Positions 61,164-64,000 of a stretch of 64,000 nt of DNA are shown here, piece by piece; the stretch's first letter is position 1, and each line of letters begins with the position of its first letter. A program made the translations under genes and the position numbers. Source of the DNA: Ascoidea asiatica JCM 7603 (lineage: Eukaryota > Fungi > Ascomycota); contig BCKQ01000005.1 of NCBI GenBank assembly GCA_001600695.1, positions 733,620-797,619 of the forward strand, read 5' to 3'. The notes below the pieces were generated by a model. The model ran no database searches, was not told where the DNA came from, and worked only from the letters and a program-made list of their open reading frames with translations.

Positions 61164-62195
61164 GTTTATACTTCAACTTAAGTATCTTTTGATATGAACA
61201 TTGAAACAAACTTACTTTAATCTTTTTTTTCTTGATATATTTTATTTTTCTGGTTTTTATATTCTTTAATTATTTTATTATTATTTTTTTTTTGGTTTGT
61301 TGTTTCTGATAATTTAAATATGCTTTAATTTAACTAATGTTTTTTTCTTTTACTAATTTTACTTTATTTTTTAAGAACTGTCTTTCAACTATTTTTACTT
61401 TTCTATTTTTTAATTTTTTTAATTTTTAGAAAGGTTCATAGTTTTGATGCTGATAATTTTTAAATTATCCTATTAATAACTAATATACTTAACCCCCTCT
61501 TTTTTCTCTTACCTAATCTTTTAAATAACCTTTTTTCAAATCCATTATAATTTAATATTTATAAATATATATTTATTTTTTTTTGCTTAATATCTCTAGT
61601 TTAATCAATCCCGAGTTTTAAGACAGTTTAATTTATTTATCTATTTAATTTTTAAATCATTTTGGTATTTTAATAAATATAATGTTCTATTTAATTTTAT
61701 TCTATTTCACTTTTACTTTTACTTTTACCTTTATTGAAGTGTTTATTGTAATCGAGGCTATAATATCTATTGGAATTGTATTAGTTTAACGTTAATAGAC
61801 GGTACCGTAATAAATAGATAGCCACCATCTAAAAGTTTAAATTATATAATTTTTAAATCTAGAAAGATAAAGGATTTTTTTTTTTTCTCTTATCTTCAAG
61901 TTTTGATTCAAATTCATTCACTAAAAACTCTTTATTATGTATTAGTTAACAAATTTGATTTACAATTAATGTTATTATTGTTATTTTGGTAAATTTGATC
62001 ATTCAAATTGAATCAAATTTTTATTAATTTAAATTTGTAAGATAACAAGAATAATTTATTTAACTGATTTAATGAACTTAAACATTTTCCGAGACAGATA
62101 CGTAATGTTATTGATATAAAAATGATTTAATATCTCCGATGGTCATTTCTAGCTAAGAGATTAGTGGCATATTATAGTGATTTTTAATCTCATGT

Positions 62196-62223
62196 TATCA
62201 TCATCATCATCATCATCATCATC
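62196..62223 (+). repeat. (ATC)n microsatellite
   Basis: About 9 copies. Confidence 0.85.
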
Positions 62224-62278
62224 TTTTCTTTTATATCTTCGTCTTATCATTTTTTTATTTTGACATTATATTCGTATC

Positions 62279-62589
62279 TATCCCTTTAATCCCAATTTTT
62301 GTGCTTTTTGTCGTAAAGCAATTTTGGGCTTTACGAGCACGTGTAAACCTGTGTAGAAAAAATTGAAATATTTATTAAAAATAAGTTATAACATTAATCC
62401 CGCATTAAGTAGGGATGTAGTAATACTGTTTACTCAAGTAGTTTACTTTAAAGCACGTGGTCTTTCAAAGATCCCGTTTAGTTTTTGTAGACAAATTTTA
62501 AATACCTACAGTGTTTGGTACTCACGTGCCTCGTTTAGCTGTTAAATTGCTTTACGACAAAAAGCACAAAAATTGGGATTAAAGGGATA
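62279..62589. repeat. Perfect 46-bp inverted repeat (62279-62324 / 62544-62589) with a 219-bp interior; MITE-like or invertible segment
   Basis: TATCCCTTTAATCCCAATTTTTGTGCTTTTTGTCGTAAAGCAATTT and its exact reverse complement. Confidence 0.92.
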
Positions 62590-62747
62590 CTTGCACCCTG
62601 TCCGGCACTAGAATTTGGCAAGATCCGTCCTAACTTTAACGGCCTCTCAGTCGCCAAGAACAAGGAAATTTTGGATCCGAGTATCCACGAAGAGCACGGA
62701 ACAGGCAGACACGATTTGCCACAAAACTGTCTTAGACAAAGCACGTG
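62338..62747. promoter_or_regulatory. Cluster of four CACGTG E-boxes (62338, 62454, 62523, 62742)
   Basis: Four copies in about 410 bp of AT-rich DNA; one is the Pho4-preferred GCACGTGG. Confidence 0.7.
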
Positions 62748-63626
62748 ATTCATATTATTGAAATCCCGGCCGAGGATTGTCAGACAAATATATTTAAAGG
62801 CATGTGACCAGAGTCAGGTGATTACCTTCAATCACCGCCTGACCTGGGTTAAGCCCAAATCTAGACCTCAGAGCCCTAGAGTGCTAATAGCCCTGCATAG
62901 GGAACTTCTTCTTCTAACAACAGCTACCACTGCTACCGCTGCTACAACTCTTTTCACCACAAGCAAAGTCAGATACTTACTGAAATGCACTGTATTTTAT
63001 TAACTCTCAATTATTATATCGATAATCAAACTATTATATTAAATTGAATCAACTATTATCTAATATTATTTTTTATATTATCCCACCATTACAATCTGTC
63101 AATTAACCTATTTATTTTGATTCATTTGATATAATATCATTATAATACTAATTACTAATAGTTGGTAGTAAATGTAAATGTAATCAGAAAACAATAATTT
63201 TCATCTTCATATATAAATTTAATTCATTACTTAATATATTCCCCCATAATTCATTTTACTCATTATATTACTTAATCATTCAATATAATCATTCAATATA
63301 ATTATTCAATATAATTTTTTCTTTTTGTTTTCAATTGACAAACAAAAAGAAAATAAAATCAATTTTCATTTATCGCATATTTTTTTGCTATAAAATATTT
63401 GTATAAACTACTAGCTATAAAATTAAAAAAAATCAATAAACTCAATAAAAAAATCTATTCATATTTTCAAAAATTCATCTATCTTATTCTTTTCATAATT
63501 TTAATTAAATATATTCTAATTTTATTTTCATTTATCCTAAATTATTTTTTTTTTAATTTACAATTTTCAATATAATTCTCATTATAATTTTTATCTTCGA
63601 ATTAATTTCTAAAAATCAATTTCAAA

Positions 63627-63686
63627 ATGTTTAATAACAGATCTGGTCCAACTTTATACAATGATCCTATCAATCTTCAACTTTTA

Positions 63687-63747
<61 letters not shown>

Positions 63748-63905
63748 CTTTTGGAACCTCCAATAACTCTTCTCTTCTTCCTAATCTTTTGAATTCAAAC
63801 ATTTCTACTCCTGCTCAAATTGCTGCAAGTCATTTAAATAAATTTGCCGCCAATTTTACCGCCCAACAACATACTAATAACAATAATAATAATAACAACA
63901 ACAAC

Positions 63906-64000
<95 letters not shown>
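63627..64000 (+). CDS. 5' end of a poly-Gln/poly-Asn protein (runs off the window)
   Basis: CAAAATG context; MFNNRSGPTLYNDPINLQLLQ(n)SFGTSNNSSLLPNLLNS...N(n); no stop before the window end. Confidence 0.7.

Overview
Very AT-rich, gene-dense nuclear DNA from a budding yeast (Saccharomycotina). The composition, poly-Asn tracts and intron density suggest an Ascoidea-like genome, but this is inference only. I find about 32 protein-coding genes, mostly conserved housekeeping genes: a DGAT1/ARE-type MBOAT (3' part), PRM15, an OKP1/CENP-Q-like gene, SEC6, YOS1, PTP2/3, an LCCL membrane protein, SEC13, HRD3, PNP1, RPS24, RPS13, TDA10, RRN7, SWS2, DRS1, MHF2, CTM1, TDA2, VTC1, PPT2, GUA1, CLB3/4, VAN1, OPI10, PUS1, NIP7, an aldo-keto reductase and several uncharacterised ORFs. 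I reconstructed 16 spliceosomal introns by hand, which recovers three genes absent from the ORF track (YOS1, RPS24, TDA2). Main observations: (1) a perfect 46-bp inverted repeat at 62279-62589 enclosing three CACGTG boxes and short dyads, a candidate invertible promoter cassette or MITE; (2) 6 of 16 introns end in AAG, mostly after A-rich sequence, with degenerate branch points; (3) the DGAT1-type MBOAT has Gln at the catalytic His position; (4) ribosomal-protein promoters carry TAGGGCT plus Homol-D-like motifs; (5) rare CTG codons give mixed Ser/Leu hints; (6) a small Zeo1-like gene has an in-frame, stop-free intron. No tRNA, rRNA, CRISPR array or autonomous transposon was recognised.
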